Positions 45,635-55,272 of a stretch of DNA of 64,000 nt are shown here, piece by piece; the first letter of the stretch is position 1; every line of letters starts with the position of its first letter. A program made the position numbers and the translations under genes. The DNA comes from a virus (taxonomy: Duplodnaviria > Caudoviricetes): IMG/VR virus record IMGVR_UViG_2602041664_000001, positions 18,872 through 82,871 of that record; one strand, 5' to 3'. Under the pieces are notes generated by a model, which made no database searches, was not told where the DNA came from, and worked only from the letters and a program-made list of their open reading frames with translations.

Positions 45635-46123
45635 ATCGGGACTATCTTCGCAGGAAACAGAAGGATAAGGAATCTACAGGTCTTATCATTCACCAATATC
45701 AAAAGGATTGGATATGAGAACTTAGAGGGATGTGAATCTTTAGAATCAATCACTATCCCTAAGAGTGTAGATGTTATAGGTTTCTATACATTCGGAGGTT
45801 GGTCTTATAACCCTCTTAAATCTCTTAAAACTGTTTTTGTAGAGGAAGGGACGTTGTCGTATATACCTGAAGGATTTGATAAATACATTAAGGATGTCGT
45901 AGACTACCCTTCTACTATATCTTCTTTTGGATATACTCAACCTTCTTTGCTTGCGAAAATTACCATTTTAAGATCAAAGACCCCACCTACTATTAATTTC
46001 TCCTCACTAAAGGGAAACGGCGTTATATATGTGCCTGACGACGTAATAGAAACTTATAGACATTCCGACAACTGGGCTCGTGTTGCAGATAGAATTTACC
46101 CTTTAAGTGAGTATCACCCGTGA
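45635..46123 (+). other. Silent shufflon cassette 3 (IGTIFAGNRR...PLSEYHP)
   Basis: Open frame from the site, no own start codon. Confidence 0.85.
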
Positions 46124-46530
46124 TACTTACTAAGCGGATAGATATACTCTGCTATATCTGAGAAGGAAGCACTTGCTTTGTATAAATTAACGCTCTCGTC
46201 TGGCACAAAGATTCTTGAGCCCGTTCTATCACTCCATCCATACGAAGCGTTCTTTCCTTGCTTAGGAGGTATTTTGCTTTTGATTACAAAGTTTTTAAAA
46301 CGCAACCCCCATAATAAAGAACTTTGCTGCTCCATGTTCTCAACGATGAGATTATCAATCGTTGAATTATAGAAGCACGCTTGGTACACAGATACAGAAG
46401 GTGGACATATTAGTTTGTAAAGGTGTACTATATAACGTAAGCTCTCTTGATTAACAGAGTTGAGATTCTTAAATATAGATAGGTCTAATATGCCATTTTT
46501 TCTATCTAAGCCTTGGAATACAGTCCCGAT
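46114..46530 (-). other. Silent shufflon cassette 4 (IGTVFQGLD...PLSKYHG)
   Basis: Open frame from the site. Confidence 0.85.
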
Positions 46531-46566
46531 GGGATTAAAACAGCATTTGAACACCATTTTAATCCC

Positions 46567-46959
46567 ATCGGGACTATTTTCTATAATATGAATACAGATA
46601 ATCTCTCAGATCTGAAGCATTTTAAATCAGTCAAACTCCTTCCGTCAGTAGGTGGAGCTCCTCGCTCATACTTCTATAATACAAGAAGAATCGATATACC
46701 TGAGAATGTCACGTCGCTTAGTCGTTATGTATTAGGTTTCAACACATCAACAGTTGTCGTTTTTCATGGAAAGACTCCTCCAAGTCACGACTGGACATTT
46801 TCTAACACGACAGCAACCTACGATACATGCACACCTAATGGGTGCAAGTTCTATGTACCTGACGAGAGCTTGGAAGCATATAAAAAGGCTTTTACAAGTA
46901 AACCTTGCCCATTAAGAGGAACATCTATTATTCGTCCTATGAGCGAGTATCACGAATGA
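46567..46959 (+). other. Silent shufflon cassette 5 (IGTIFYNMN...PMSEYHE)
   Basis: Open frame from the site. Confidence 0.85.
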
Positions 46960-47315
46960 TACTCGCTCATAGGATGGACTCTATCTACATATTTATAATT
47001 CATCCATGTCTTTTTATACGTGTTTAAAGCCTTATCAGGTACGTATATACATAGCTTCGTAGGAATTCGCATAGCCGTATCTTTATTAAACAGCGTGTCA
47101 TCTCCAATAGGTGTATCACCCAGCATGATTACATTCTTCAGATTCTCACAGCCTAAGAACATTCTTCTTCCACATCCTTTAACAGTGGAAGGAATCCACA
47201 CCTCTTCCAAGTTAGACATATTCCTAAATATGTCATTATTCAAGTACTGAATTTTGAAGTATTGCAACTCCTTGAATCTCTTAACATCATTACGGTTGTA
47301 GAACTTAGTTCCGAT
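46950..47315 (-). other. Silent shufflon cassette 6 (IGTKFYNRN...PMSEYHS)
   Basis: Open frame from the site. Confidence 0.85.
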
Positions 47316-47322
47316 GGAACCC

Positions 47323-48327
47323 TTATCTAAACGCTCTCCGTATCTCCTTATTAATCGTTGTGTCTTTCACAGCAGAATACACCTGAGTAGTCTTGATGCT
47401 CTGATGCCCTAATATATGTTGTATAATAGGTAAGCTCACACCCTTACTCAGTAGCACAGTGGCGCACGTATGCCTGGCACAATGAAAAGTAATGTGCCTA
47501 TGTATATTGAATCGCTTAAGCACACGCTTCAGTATCAGGTTACAGCGAGCGTTACAGGGCAACTGAAAGAGTTTACCTGTCGTAGTCTTGTTCTCTTGCA
47601 CCATTGCAGCAGCCTTTCCTCCAAACATCTTAGAGATAGGTATTCGCACCTCATGGTCAGTCTTCTGCATTCGCATCACCACCCACTTGTTCCGATAGAT
47701 GTTCTTAACGTGCTGCTTAGTTACTTGCACGATGTCCGAGAATCGAAGACCTGAATAGACGCTGAATAGAAAACCTTTAACCACCTTTCTCTCCTCTTTT
47801 GTCAAGTCTTCCTTTACCTCTTTCTCCTCAATCCGCCTCAGTTCTCTCTCTGTCAGCGATTGCTTCTGAACATTCTCCGTCTTAATGTGATACTTGCGAA
47901 AAGGATATACCGTCATCAGTTCCTCGTCGATAGCGAGATTGACGAATCGACGAAATATCTTCATAAACTTTGCAATAGTGTTTATCGCATACCCAGCACC
48001 TTTCAAGAAGTTCTCGAAATCGCATATACATTTATAATCAATCTGCGTAAAGGTCAGTTCTTCCTTATATCGCTTTAGCACCGCCAGTGTAGCCTTATGA
48101 TTTGCTATTGTCCCTGCTGTATATGTCTCCTTATCTATCTCACCTTCCATCCAGTCGAGGAAAGAACTATTCTCTTTGTATGTTGTTATTTTTGGATTGT
48201 CTATTAGTTGGTTTATATTACCGATACGTTTTACAAAGTATTGTCCGTCTATTTGTATCTGTATTAATGCGTTGTGTCCACGTAATTTTATTGCAATGTC
48301 CTGAACAATCTCTTTGATGTCTTTCAT
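47323..48327 (-). CDS. Tyrosine recombinase (probable shufflon invertase)
   Basis: SGLRFSD, HCARHT, LGHQSIKTTQVY; stop 5 bp from the last shufflon site. Confidence 0.9.
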   Translation of the reverse strand: MKDIKEIVQDIAIKLRGHNALIQIQIDGQYFVKRIGNINQLIDNPKITTYKENSSFLDWMEGEIDKETYTAGTIANHKATLAVLKRYKEELTFTQIDYKCICDFENFLKGAGYAINTIAKFMKIFRRFVNLAIDEELMTVYPFRKYHIKTENVQKQSLTERELRRIEEKEVKEDLTKEERKVVKGFLFSVYSGLRFSDIVQVTKQHVKNIYRNKWVVMRMQKTDHEVRIPISKMFGGKAAAMVQENKTTTGKLFQLPCNARCNLILKRVLKRFNIHRHITFHCARHTCATVLLSKGVSLPIIQHILGHQSIKTTQVYSAVKDTTINKEIRRAFR

Positions 48328-48839
48328 TATATCTCTTTAGTATGTTCTGCTATCCTGATTTTTGATTTTATAGGGCTAATCATATCTTCTATTCGTTGCT
48401 TATCGCTTCCAAAATAAGCACAGTATTGATGATAGCCAAGGGTTATGTCCTCATTCATATATCCTTGTATAATACAAGTATTTTTCTCTCCTTCAAAAGC
48501 GATTAACCCCTCATATATAGTTTTATGCCATACGTAATGAACTTTTGTGTTGTGTGTTGAAAGTTCGTTGCTTACAAGTTTTTTTTGATTTTCTTGTGTT
48601 ATAAGATGTACTTCTGTTGTCCATTTACGCTGAAGATAGTAATTTATTACTCTTAATAGGGAGATTCTTATGGTTGGAATTGCTAATATTAATTTATGTC
48701 TATCCCCTACCATTGATGAACAAGCTTCCATAAATTTATCTACAGTTATATCTCCATTTGTCTGAAAAACATACCAGCCTTGTTCACGTAACAAGGCTGG
48801 TAGTTTTCGCGATATACAACAAGGTTCTTGAAAAGCCAT
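48327..48839 (-). CDS. Hypothetical protein
   Basis: 170-aa ORF coupled to the recombinase. Confidence 0.75.
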   Translation of the reverse strand: MAFQEPCCISRKLPALLREQGWYVFQTNGDITVDKFMEACSSMVGDRHKLILAIPTIRISLLRVINYYLQRKWTTEVHLITQENQKKLVSNELSTHNTKVHYVWHKTIYEGLIAFEGEKNTCIIQGYMNEDITLGYHQYCAYFGSDKQRIEDMISPIKSKIRIAEHTKEI

Positions 48840-49414
48840 TAGAAATCGTCCTCCTTTTTTTGTTGTTTTATGTATGCTTTTAGGTCAGCTATAAGTTTGC
48901 TGAAATATTCACTTCGCTTCTCATTAAAGCTTTCTATGTTGCTTATTTGTTGAATTGTCAAGTAGTAATCTTCATTTTCATGTGAGAAAATCTTTTCTCT
49001 TTGTTTGATATTTCCACCATTTGATGCCATTATTATATAGCCGTTGTATGAGTATCGTACAGCATCTATTTTTAGTCTAAATCGCTTATCTTTGCAGTCG
49101 ATTGTGATGTCAAATTTTTCTATACCGTCATAGTCAATAGGTCTTCCCATCAGTTTATCACTTGTTACTCGGAAGTTCTTGTTTGCTTTGAGTATAATTT
49201 TCCCGTTTTCTGCGTCTTCAACTTGAACAGCATTTTTGTAGTTACTTATTTTCCCCGCAAAATAACTCCGAAGATAGGCGTATTCTTGTTTTGCGTTTGT
49301 ATCTGTCGTTATAACTTGCGTAAATCCTCCGTTAGTATCAAAACGGATTGTGTCTTGTGCGTAACTTGTTATTCCGATAATGGCGAATAGCAGAGTGATA
49401 ATTAATTTTTTCAT
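48839..49414 (-). CDS. Exported protein, DUF4468-like
   Basis: Signal peptide MKKLIITLLFAIIGITSYA-Q; VQVEDAENGKII...IDCKDKRFRL. Confidence 0.75.
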   Translation of the reverse strand: MKKLIITLLFAIIGITSYAQDTIRFDTNGGFTQVITTDTNAKQEYAYLRSYFAGKISNYKNAVQVEDAENGKIILKANKNFRVTSDKLMGRPIDYDGIEKFDITIDCKDKRFRLKIDAVRYSYNGYIIMASNGGNIKQREKIFSHENEDYYLTIQQISNIESFNEKRSEYFSKLIADLKAYIKQQKKEDDF

Positions 49415-49540
49415 AAGGTTTATTTCTAATACGTTAATATCGCAAAGGTAGTATTTTTATCTTAAAAATAAAGATTTCTACTGATATAATTTTATTTATA
49501 GTAAAACTTTCTTTATCTTTGCATTAAAAAGGATAACAAT

Positions 49541-49789
49541 ATGCAAGGAAGTAAATATGCTAAAATTAAGACCGAGACGCCCGATTGGTATGTTGCACGG
49601 CGTTTGATGCGTGAAAAGAAGAAGAAACTTGTTGATGCCGCTGCTTTCTTTGGCTTAACTGTTGGGGGAATGCACCGTGTTATAAATGGGGTACCAAATA
49701 TCATTCAAGCGAAAAAACTTGCAGAGTTTTTAGAAGTCGATTTTAATGAGTTATTTGAATTTGAAGACACGAAGAATAAATTTATTTAG
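49541..49789 (+). CDS. XRE-family HTH regulator
   Basis: PNIIQAKKLAEFLEVDFNELF. Confidence 0.8.
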   Translation: MQGSKYAKIKTETPDWYVARRLMREKKKKLVDAAAFFGLTVGGMHRVINGVPNIIQAKKLAEFLEVDFNELFEFEDTKNKFI

Positions 49790-49794
49790 TTTTT

Positions 49795-49826
49795 CTTGCA
49801 CATGAAAAATATTTTTATTATCTTTG
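49795..49826 (+). promoter_or_regulatory. Host-type promoter CTTG-N20-TATCTTTG
   Basis: -33/-7 consensus spacing. Confidence 0.55.
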
Positions 49827-49852
49827 CATCGAAAATAAAATAAATCTATTGT

Positions 49853-50254
49853 ATGGCAAGAAGAAATGAAGATGATAAAGATGTAAAGGAATATCGTGGC
49901 AAGCGTTTCGATATGCGTGCTTTAATGGCTAAATATGATGTATCTATCAGTGATTTGGCTAACGGAACTGGACTTTCTTATGGCTCAGTTCAGTCCCTTA
50001 TTAGACTCAATCGCCCCTCTATGACAAATCTTTACAAGATAGCTCAAGCATTGTCTTGTGATGTTACAGAGTTATTTTTATCTGAAGATGAAATAGAGAA
50101 TCCATCTTTTTCAAATAATATAGATGGGGAAGATACGTTTAAAAAAGATTTTGATGTTAAACCTTTAGACCCTTCTTTAATACCTGGTTTAATGTTATCC
50201 CATGACACGATAACTTGTCCTTATTGTAGCAAACGTTTTTTGTTGTTGGATTGA
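49853..50254 (+). CDS. XRE-family HTH regulator with C-terminal CPxC motif
   Basis: VSISDLANGTGLSY...PSMTNLYKIAQALSCDVTELF...ITCPYCSK. Confidence 0.85.
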   Translation: MARRNEDDKDVKEYRGKRFDMRALMAKYDVSISDLANGTGLSYGSVQSLIRLNRPSMTNLYKIAQALSCDVTELFLSEDEIENPSFSNNIDGEDTFKKDFDVKPLDPSLIPGLMLSHDTITCPYCSKRFLLLD

Positions 50255-50381
50255 TAATGTGATTATTTTGATGCTCCTCTTTTTTAGTGGAGTACTTTTT
50301 GTAAATTGTTCCTTTTACATTTTGTATTTTTAATAGTGTAGTCCGAAACGAATTTATATATTTCTTGATTTTCAGATAGAT

Positions 50382-50416
50382 AAGCAGTGTGTGGTTTACC
50401 TAACACTGCTTTTTTT
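50382..50416 (+). terminator. Rho-independent terminator
   Basis: AAGCAGTGT...ACACTGCTTTTTTT. Confidence 0.75.
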
Positions 50417-50649
50417 ATGTTGAAACAAAAGGAAGAGCGGCCGCCACACTAAGGGCTTCTCTGTCGCCCCGAACTTTTTTTGACCTTTAAATATGCTTAC
50501 GCCCTCCGAGATGGTCGAGACTCAGAAGGTAGCCGCCCGCTGAGATCTTCGACGCTTAGAAGTTTTTTATATATAATAAGGTGTAAGTAAAAGAATAGTT
50601 TTTTTTATTATTTTTCTTCGCAAATAATAAAAATAATTCTCTTTTTTTT

Positions 50650-50681
50650 CTTGCACAAACAAAAAACATTTAGTACCTTTG
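50650..50681 (+). promoter_or_regulatory. Host-type early promoter CTTG-N20-TACCTTTG
   Basis: -33/-7 consensus heading the early region. Confidence 0.6.
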
Positions 50682-50742
50682 CATTGTCAAAAACAAAAAA
50701 CAAAAACTGCCGAGCAGTAGCACGGCACAAAAACAAAAAACA

Positions 50743-51093
50743 ATGAAAAGAAATCTAAAAATCGCGGCACTTGCAGCAATTGCAGCCGCAAATCCTGAAG
50801 GATTTACTGTTAACGCTAAAACGTTAACGCCTGTTACATCTGGTTACGCTGTGGCTGTTCGTGCCACTCAAAACAGCTTCGGTTCTGAAGGTCTTTCCGC
50901 TGTAGTAGATTACGCTAATACTGATCAAGCAGTAACTGCCTTCGGTGGCTGGTTTGATTCTGAAACAGGTTTATATTACTACGACGCCGTCGTTATAACT
51001 GATAATTTTGATCGTGCAAAGGCTATCGCAGAGCGTGAAGGCCAAATCGCTTTTTTTTCATTAGATGAAATGAAAGAGTATCGAATTAAGTAA
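50743..51093 (+). CDS. Hypothetical early protein
   Basis: 116 aa; GFT...GYAVA...FGGWFD...YYYDA...QIAFF. Confidence 0.75.
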   Translation: MKRNLKIAALAAIAAANPEGFTVNAKTLTPVTSGYAVAVRATQNSFGSEGLSAVVDYANTDQAVTAFGGWFDSETGLYYYDAVVITDNFDRAKAIAEREGQIAFFSLDEMKEYRIK

Positions 51094-51135
51094 TTAACTT
51101 GCCAGGCTTTAGCCTGGCACTAAAAAGATAAAATT

Positions 51136-51447
51136 ATGAAACAAACTACTTTATACAATAGATTTAAAAAACTTTCTGTGCCTGCTACCTCTGTAGCTGC
51201 TCGCATTATTCGTTATTTGTGCGGAGAACGTACTTATACAACTATGGGATACGTTGATGATAAAAAATTAATTCGTCCCTGTTACGTTGCCGGTCGTGGT
51301 AGATTTATTCACAATGCGGATCATACTTCCGAGGTTTGCGCCTTACTTGATAGATTAGGCGTGAAATATGAGAAAGGAAACGACGCGCCGCGCGGTGGTC
51401 TAACTGGTAATTATATTCGTATAATTACAAAAATAGTGGAGGGCTAA
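51136..51447 (+). CDS. Hypothetical early protein (GNDAPRGG motif)
   Basis: 103-aa ORF. Confidence 0.75.
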   Translation: MKQTTLYNRFKKLSVPATSVAARIIRYLCGERTYTTMGYVDDKKLIRPCYVAGRGRFIHNADHTSEVCALLDRLGVKYEKGNDAPRGGLTGNYIRIITKIVEG

Positions 51448-51449
51448 AA

Positions 51450-51593
51450 ATGAAAGTAAATAATTTATATCGTTTACAGTTGCGAGTAAATAAGCGTTTT
51501 TTTTCTCTACTTAATAAGTACGAGAAAATCGTTAATATCGTTTTGATTTCGCTAAGTATATATACAATATATTTTGTATACATGTACGCTTAA
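51450..51593 (+). CDS. Small membrane-anchored protein (47 aa)
   Basis: Hand-translated; C-terminal hydrophobic helix. Confidence 0.45.
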   Translation: MKVNNLYRLQLRVNKRFFSLLNKYEKIVNIVLISLSIYTIYFVYMYA

Positions 51594-51677
51594 CAGGGCG
51601 GGCGGTCCCTTATAAACCGCCTAATAAATAAATAAAATAAAAAACTTTCAGGCGGTAGCCTGATAAAAAAAAAGATT

Positions 51678-52277
51678 ATGGAAACTAATTTTAATGAAAT
51701 CGCAAAACTGAAAGAAATTAATGCGCGTGAAGCTGCGTTAAAACAGTATATAGTATATGAAAAAGTATATAGTGACGTTATCCCCGCTTTGTATGTCAGT
51801 ACTTATGCAAAGTATAACGCGGGGTATCTTACAGGTGCCTGGATTAATCTTCAGGCTTGCAAGGATAAAGAAACTTTTTTTAAAGTTTGCCGTGCCTTGC
51901 ACGGAGATGAGGAATACCCTGAATTAATGTTCCAGGACTTCCGAGGCTTTCCAAAAGAATTGTATTCGGAGTGTGGCGGAGTTGATAACCTATACACTTA
52001 TATAGAGGCTTTGGAAAGTTGTGAAAATCCAGAAGCTCTCGCAGCTTTCCTTGAGTATTTCGAATTAGATGATCTTTGTGAATTTGAAGATCGCTTTATA
52101 GGTCCTTTTGATTCTGAAGTAGATTTTGCCTATGATTATGTAGATAATAGGAATTTTAAAAAAGATGCGGGGGAATTAGCATTATATTTTAATTACGAAG
52201 CATACGCCCGCGATTTGTTTATAAATAACTATGTCTTTATAAACGGCTTTGTGTTCTTTAAAGGAAATTTAAAATAG
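51678..52277 (+). CDS. ardA: ArdA antirestriction protein
   Basis: LYVSTYAKYNAGYLTGAWI, PELMFQDF, YFNYEAYARDLF; acidic. Confidence 0.9.
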   Translation: METNFNEIAKLKEINAREAALKQYIVYEKVYSDVIPALYVSTYAKYNAGYLTGAWINLQACKDKETFFKVCRALHGDEEYPELMFQDFRGFPKELYSECGGVDNLYTYIEALESCENPEALAAFLEYFELDDLCEFEDRFIGPFDSEVDFAYDYVDNRNFKKDAGELALYFNYEAYARDLFINNYVFINGFVFFKGNLK

Positions 52278-52339
52278 CAGATAAATTTTAACACTGTAAC
52301 CTCGTGGAGCTTTTAGCTCCACACAAAACAAAAAAGAAT

Positions 52340-53554
52340 ATGGAAACAAAGAATTTAATTAACGCTATTAATATAGATAATATTTATAATCGTGCGCAAA
52401 TATATTTCCGTGTCGAGCGTTTCGCCCGTGCTGCCTGGGGTGGGTTAACCGTGGAAATCAATGAGAAAACCGGCACGCTTACCCTATTGAAGGGATCTTA
52501 TATCCTTTCACGTGTAGCGAGTTTTGAAATACTCGCTAATCAAGAAGGGGATAACATCTATTTACAGGCGGGGGAAGGTTCGCCCTTCTCCTCTGCCTGG
52601 GTCGTACGAGGAAATGAAGAAGGGGCGGATGTTATGAATGACTGCCCAGCCTGGAAAGCTGCCGAGGCTGCCGCCTGTGAAAATGAAACAAAGCCCTTCG
52701 ATAGCTTACAAGTGGGTGACTTCTTGCACGGCTGGGCGGGCTGGTCGTCTAAAAATGGTTCAGTATCTGAATATATGGAGGACTTTGCAAGTATAGAAGA
52801 AGATTCGGACGGCGTTAATTTTTGCCCTAATTTAATGCGTATTGATAAAATCGTCGAGATGACGGATAAAGAACTTTCCGCCCTTTCTTTCTGGAAATTT
52901 AACGGCGGTGTTGACGGTGGCAGCTTCTCGGACGATGCGCCCGCGGTTGGTTTTTCCGCTCTGTCTTGGTCTCAGAAACATAGTTTTATTGATTCCGTTT
53001 GTCTTATTCGCACCCCTACGCGCTGGGTTGCTGTTGATCCTCAGGGTTACACATGTAGCCGTTACGTTTATTTTCCGCTTTCTTGGCGTGTATTATTTGC
53101 CGATTCTTATTCTCTGGCAAAGACTATCAGAGAGGAAAGAAAGCGCAAGGAGCAGGAGGAAAAGGAGGCAAGAGATAAGGCACAGCGTGAAGAATACGCA
53201 GCCCGTGCGGCTCGTGCTGTTGCGCTAATGGAAAAAACAAAAGCAAAAGTATATCAAGAAGATGAAAAGCGTACGGAAGTACGATTAACAAGTAATTTAA
53301 GGCGTTATTTATCCGTTTGCTTTCCTGCTGTCAAATTTGAAATAAAAAAAAGTAGTTGGGGGTATTTCTCCCGTACTATTAGATGGGCGGGCGGTCCAAC
53401 TGAAAAGGAGGTTAACGAGGTCTTAGAAGTTATGAAGGGGGATCACTGGGCACCAGAAGAAGGGTATAACCCAGGTGAAGAACGTCGCTACCTTAGTAAT
53501 GATTTTACGGATCGTTACGGGTTCTTAATTCATTGGATGTTATACCGCGATTAA
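52340..53554 (+). CDS. Protein with C-terminal LPD29-like domain, paralogue 1
   Basis: VDPQGY..RY; NLRRYLSVCFPAVKFEI...IRWAGGPT..EV. Confidence 0.75.
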   Translation: METKNLINAINIDNIYNRAQIYFRVERFARAAWGGLTVEINEKTGTLTLLKGSYILSRVASFEILANQEGDNIYLQAGEGSPFSSAWVVRGNEEGADVMNDCPAWKAAEAAACENETKPFDSLQVGDFLHGWAGWSSKNGSVSEYMEDFASIEEDSDGVNFCPNLMRIDKIVEMTDKELSALSFWKFNGGVDGGSFSDDAPAVGFSALSWSQKHSFIDSVCLIRTPTRWVAVDPQGYTCSRYVYFPLSWRVLFADSYSLAKTIREERKRKEQEEKEARDKAQREEYAARAARAVALMEKTKAKVYQEDEKRTEVRLTSNLRRYLSVCFPAVKFEIKKSSWGYFSRTIRWAGGPTEKEVNEVLEVMKGDHWAPEEGYNPGEERRYLSNDFTDRYGFLIHWMLYRD

Positions 53555-53623
53555 TTCGGTATTGTTTCTTAATCTCATAATCTTTGCGGGGCTGGTTTCA
53601 GCCTCGCACGAAATAAAAAAAAT

Positions 53624-53758
53624 ATGCTAAAGGTTCTTTTATATATAGTTTTAACATTGGTTGCGCTTGCGGTGGTTTACTTTGGTGGCCTGGTATTGTT
53701 TGCGCTTGCTTGTTTCGTCGTTCCTGTTGTTGGTGGTCGTATGTTTAATCATGAATAA
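53624..53758 (+). CDS. Small hydrophobic protein (44 aa)
   Basis: MLKVLLYIVLTLVALAVVYFGG...; hairpin plus A-rich leader like its neighbours. Confidence 0.5.
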   Translation: MLKVLLYIVLTLVALAVVYFGGLVLFALACFVVPVVGGRMFNHE

Positions 53759-53939
53759 CCCGCCCTTTTCATCTGCTTTTTTCGCTTTATTTGTGGTTAA
53801 TCTGGGCGGGGTCTGTCTTGTTTTTTTTAGTTCAAAAAGTCCAAATGTCCAGATATGCTATATATAGGGCTTTTGAAAATTTGGAAAATATTTAGAAAAT
53901 TACAGGGCTTTTGCTTGCCATGATTATAAAAAATAATTT

Positions 53940-55159
53940 ATGGAAGATTTTTTAAACGTTGTTGAGATAAAAAATAAATTTATTTGTGCTCAGGTCTTTG
54001 ATCGTGTGGAACGCTTTACCCGTGTTGAATTTGAACTTTTCAAGGTTGAAACCGATTTTAAAGCGGGGTGCGTGTCTGTAGTTCGTGGTGAAGCTTTTAA
54101 AAAGACTTTAGCATTATATGATATTATGACAGACGACACGGGCGCAAAAATAGAACTTTGTCTTAAGTCTGGGAATAAAAAAAGATTTAAGCCTGTTCTT
54201 ACTGTAGAAGATGGTAGCGGGAAAAGTCCCGATATAATGAGCCTTTGCCCCTACTGGCTAACTGTTGAAAAAATGGCTAAGAAGTTAACCGCTGAAGTGC
54301 CTTTTAAACATTGGAAGGAAGGCAGTTTTATTTTGGGCTGGCCTGGTCCTGTTTGCAAACTGTCTTCTGTCCTTGATTATGTCAAGAGCTTTTTAAGGAT
54401 TGATTCTGATGGGTCTGTTATGGACTTTAAAACGCGTTTGCTTCACATTGAGAAAATCATCGATATGACGGATGAGGAGTTAACCGTCTTGAATATTCAC
54501 GACTATACTGGCGGTTTTAAAGGTGGCAGTTTCTCGGAGGACATAGGAGAAGAAAGTCTTTATAATTTATCGTGGCCGCGCAAACATTCTTTTATACAGC
54601 GTGTTTGCTTGATACGTACGCCTTCGCGGTGGGTTGCGATAGATCCACAAGGTTACGATTATACCAGATATGTTTATTTCCCGCTGTCGTGGTGCGACAT
54701 GTTCGCAGATGTCGTTCTGTGTGCTAAAGAGGAAATAAAAGAGGCTGCAAAGCTTAAGAAACGAGAAGAAGCAAAGCAGCAGCAACGACAAAAAGGGCTT
54801 ATACCTTGCGCACGAAAAAAGCGGTTAAGATGATGGAAACTTTAGGCGTACAGCCTTTGCGAAAGGGGCAACGAATCACAGAAAACCGCCTGACGGAGAA
54901 TTTAAGGGCGTTTCTTTCGGCTTGCTTTCCTGAGGCTACTTTTGACATTTGGAATACTTATACGGCTTTTGATCGTGATATAGTGTGGAGTGGTAGCCCT
55001 GACAGATTAGACGTTTCTGAAGCCGTGGCAGTGATGCAGGGAGATGCCTGGGAATGTCGTTCGGCTGAGGACGGACAGATATACACTATTATGATAGATA
55101 ACGACTTTACGCGAAAGTATGGGAAATTGGGTATTTGTCGTTTCTTTGATGAGGTTTAG
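53940..55159 (+). pseudogene. Paralogue 2 of 52340-53554, split by a frameshift near 54790-54800 (ORFs 53940-54833 and 54806-55159)
   Basis: Both parts align in order with paralogue 1 (CLIRTP.RWVA.DPQGY; NLR.FLS.CFP). Confidence 0.75.
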
Positions 55160-55272
55160 CCCTTTTAAATTCTCAGTGTAAAATGATTAATTTTCATAAC
55201 TTTCTATATTAAGTTAGCGGGGTTTAGGTTTGGGAAATTCTTAGATTAATCCAGATATTTCTAAGATACTCT

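Larger units (their letters stand above)
44668..47317. mobile_element. Shufflon (multiple-inversion system): three invertible segments, six alternative C-termini
   Basis: Six CCATCGGRACTR sites: 44668(+), 45589(-), 45633(+), 46521(-), 46565(+), 47306(-). Confidence 0.9.

Noticed and set aside
45565-46557. Track ORF starts such as MFKYCLNPIGT and MVFKCCFNPIGT as independent genes
   Set aside because: Those starts fall in the inter-segment spacers; the frames are better explained as silent C-terminal cassettes
16815-47317. Tape-measure or sheath gene to fix tail morphology
   Set aside because: None recognisable in this window; it may lie outside, so morphology is not called
43119-48327. Diversity-generating retroelement at the tail fibre
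   Set aside because: No reverse transcriptase and no TR/VR pair differing at adenines; cassettes are highly divergent and bounded by inverted sites
47323-48327. Tyrosine recombinase as the prophage integrase marking an att boundary
   Set aside because: Phage genes continue on both sides and it abuts the last shufflon site; an integrase role cannot be fully excluded
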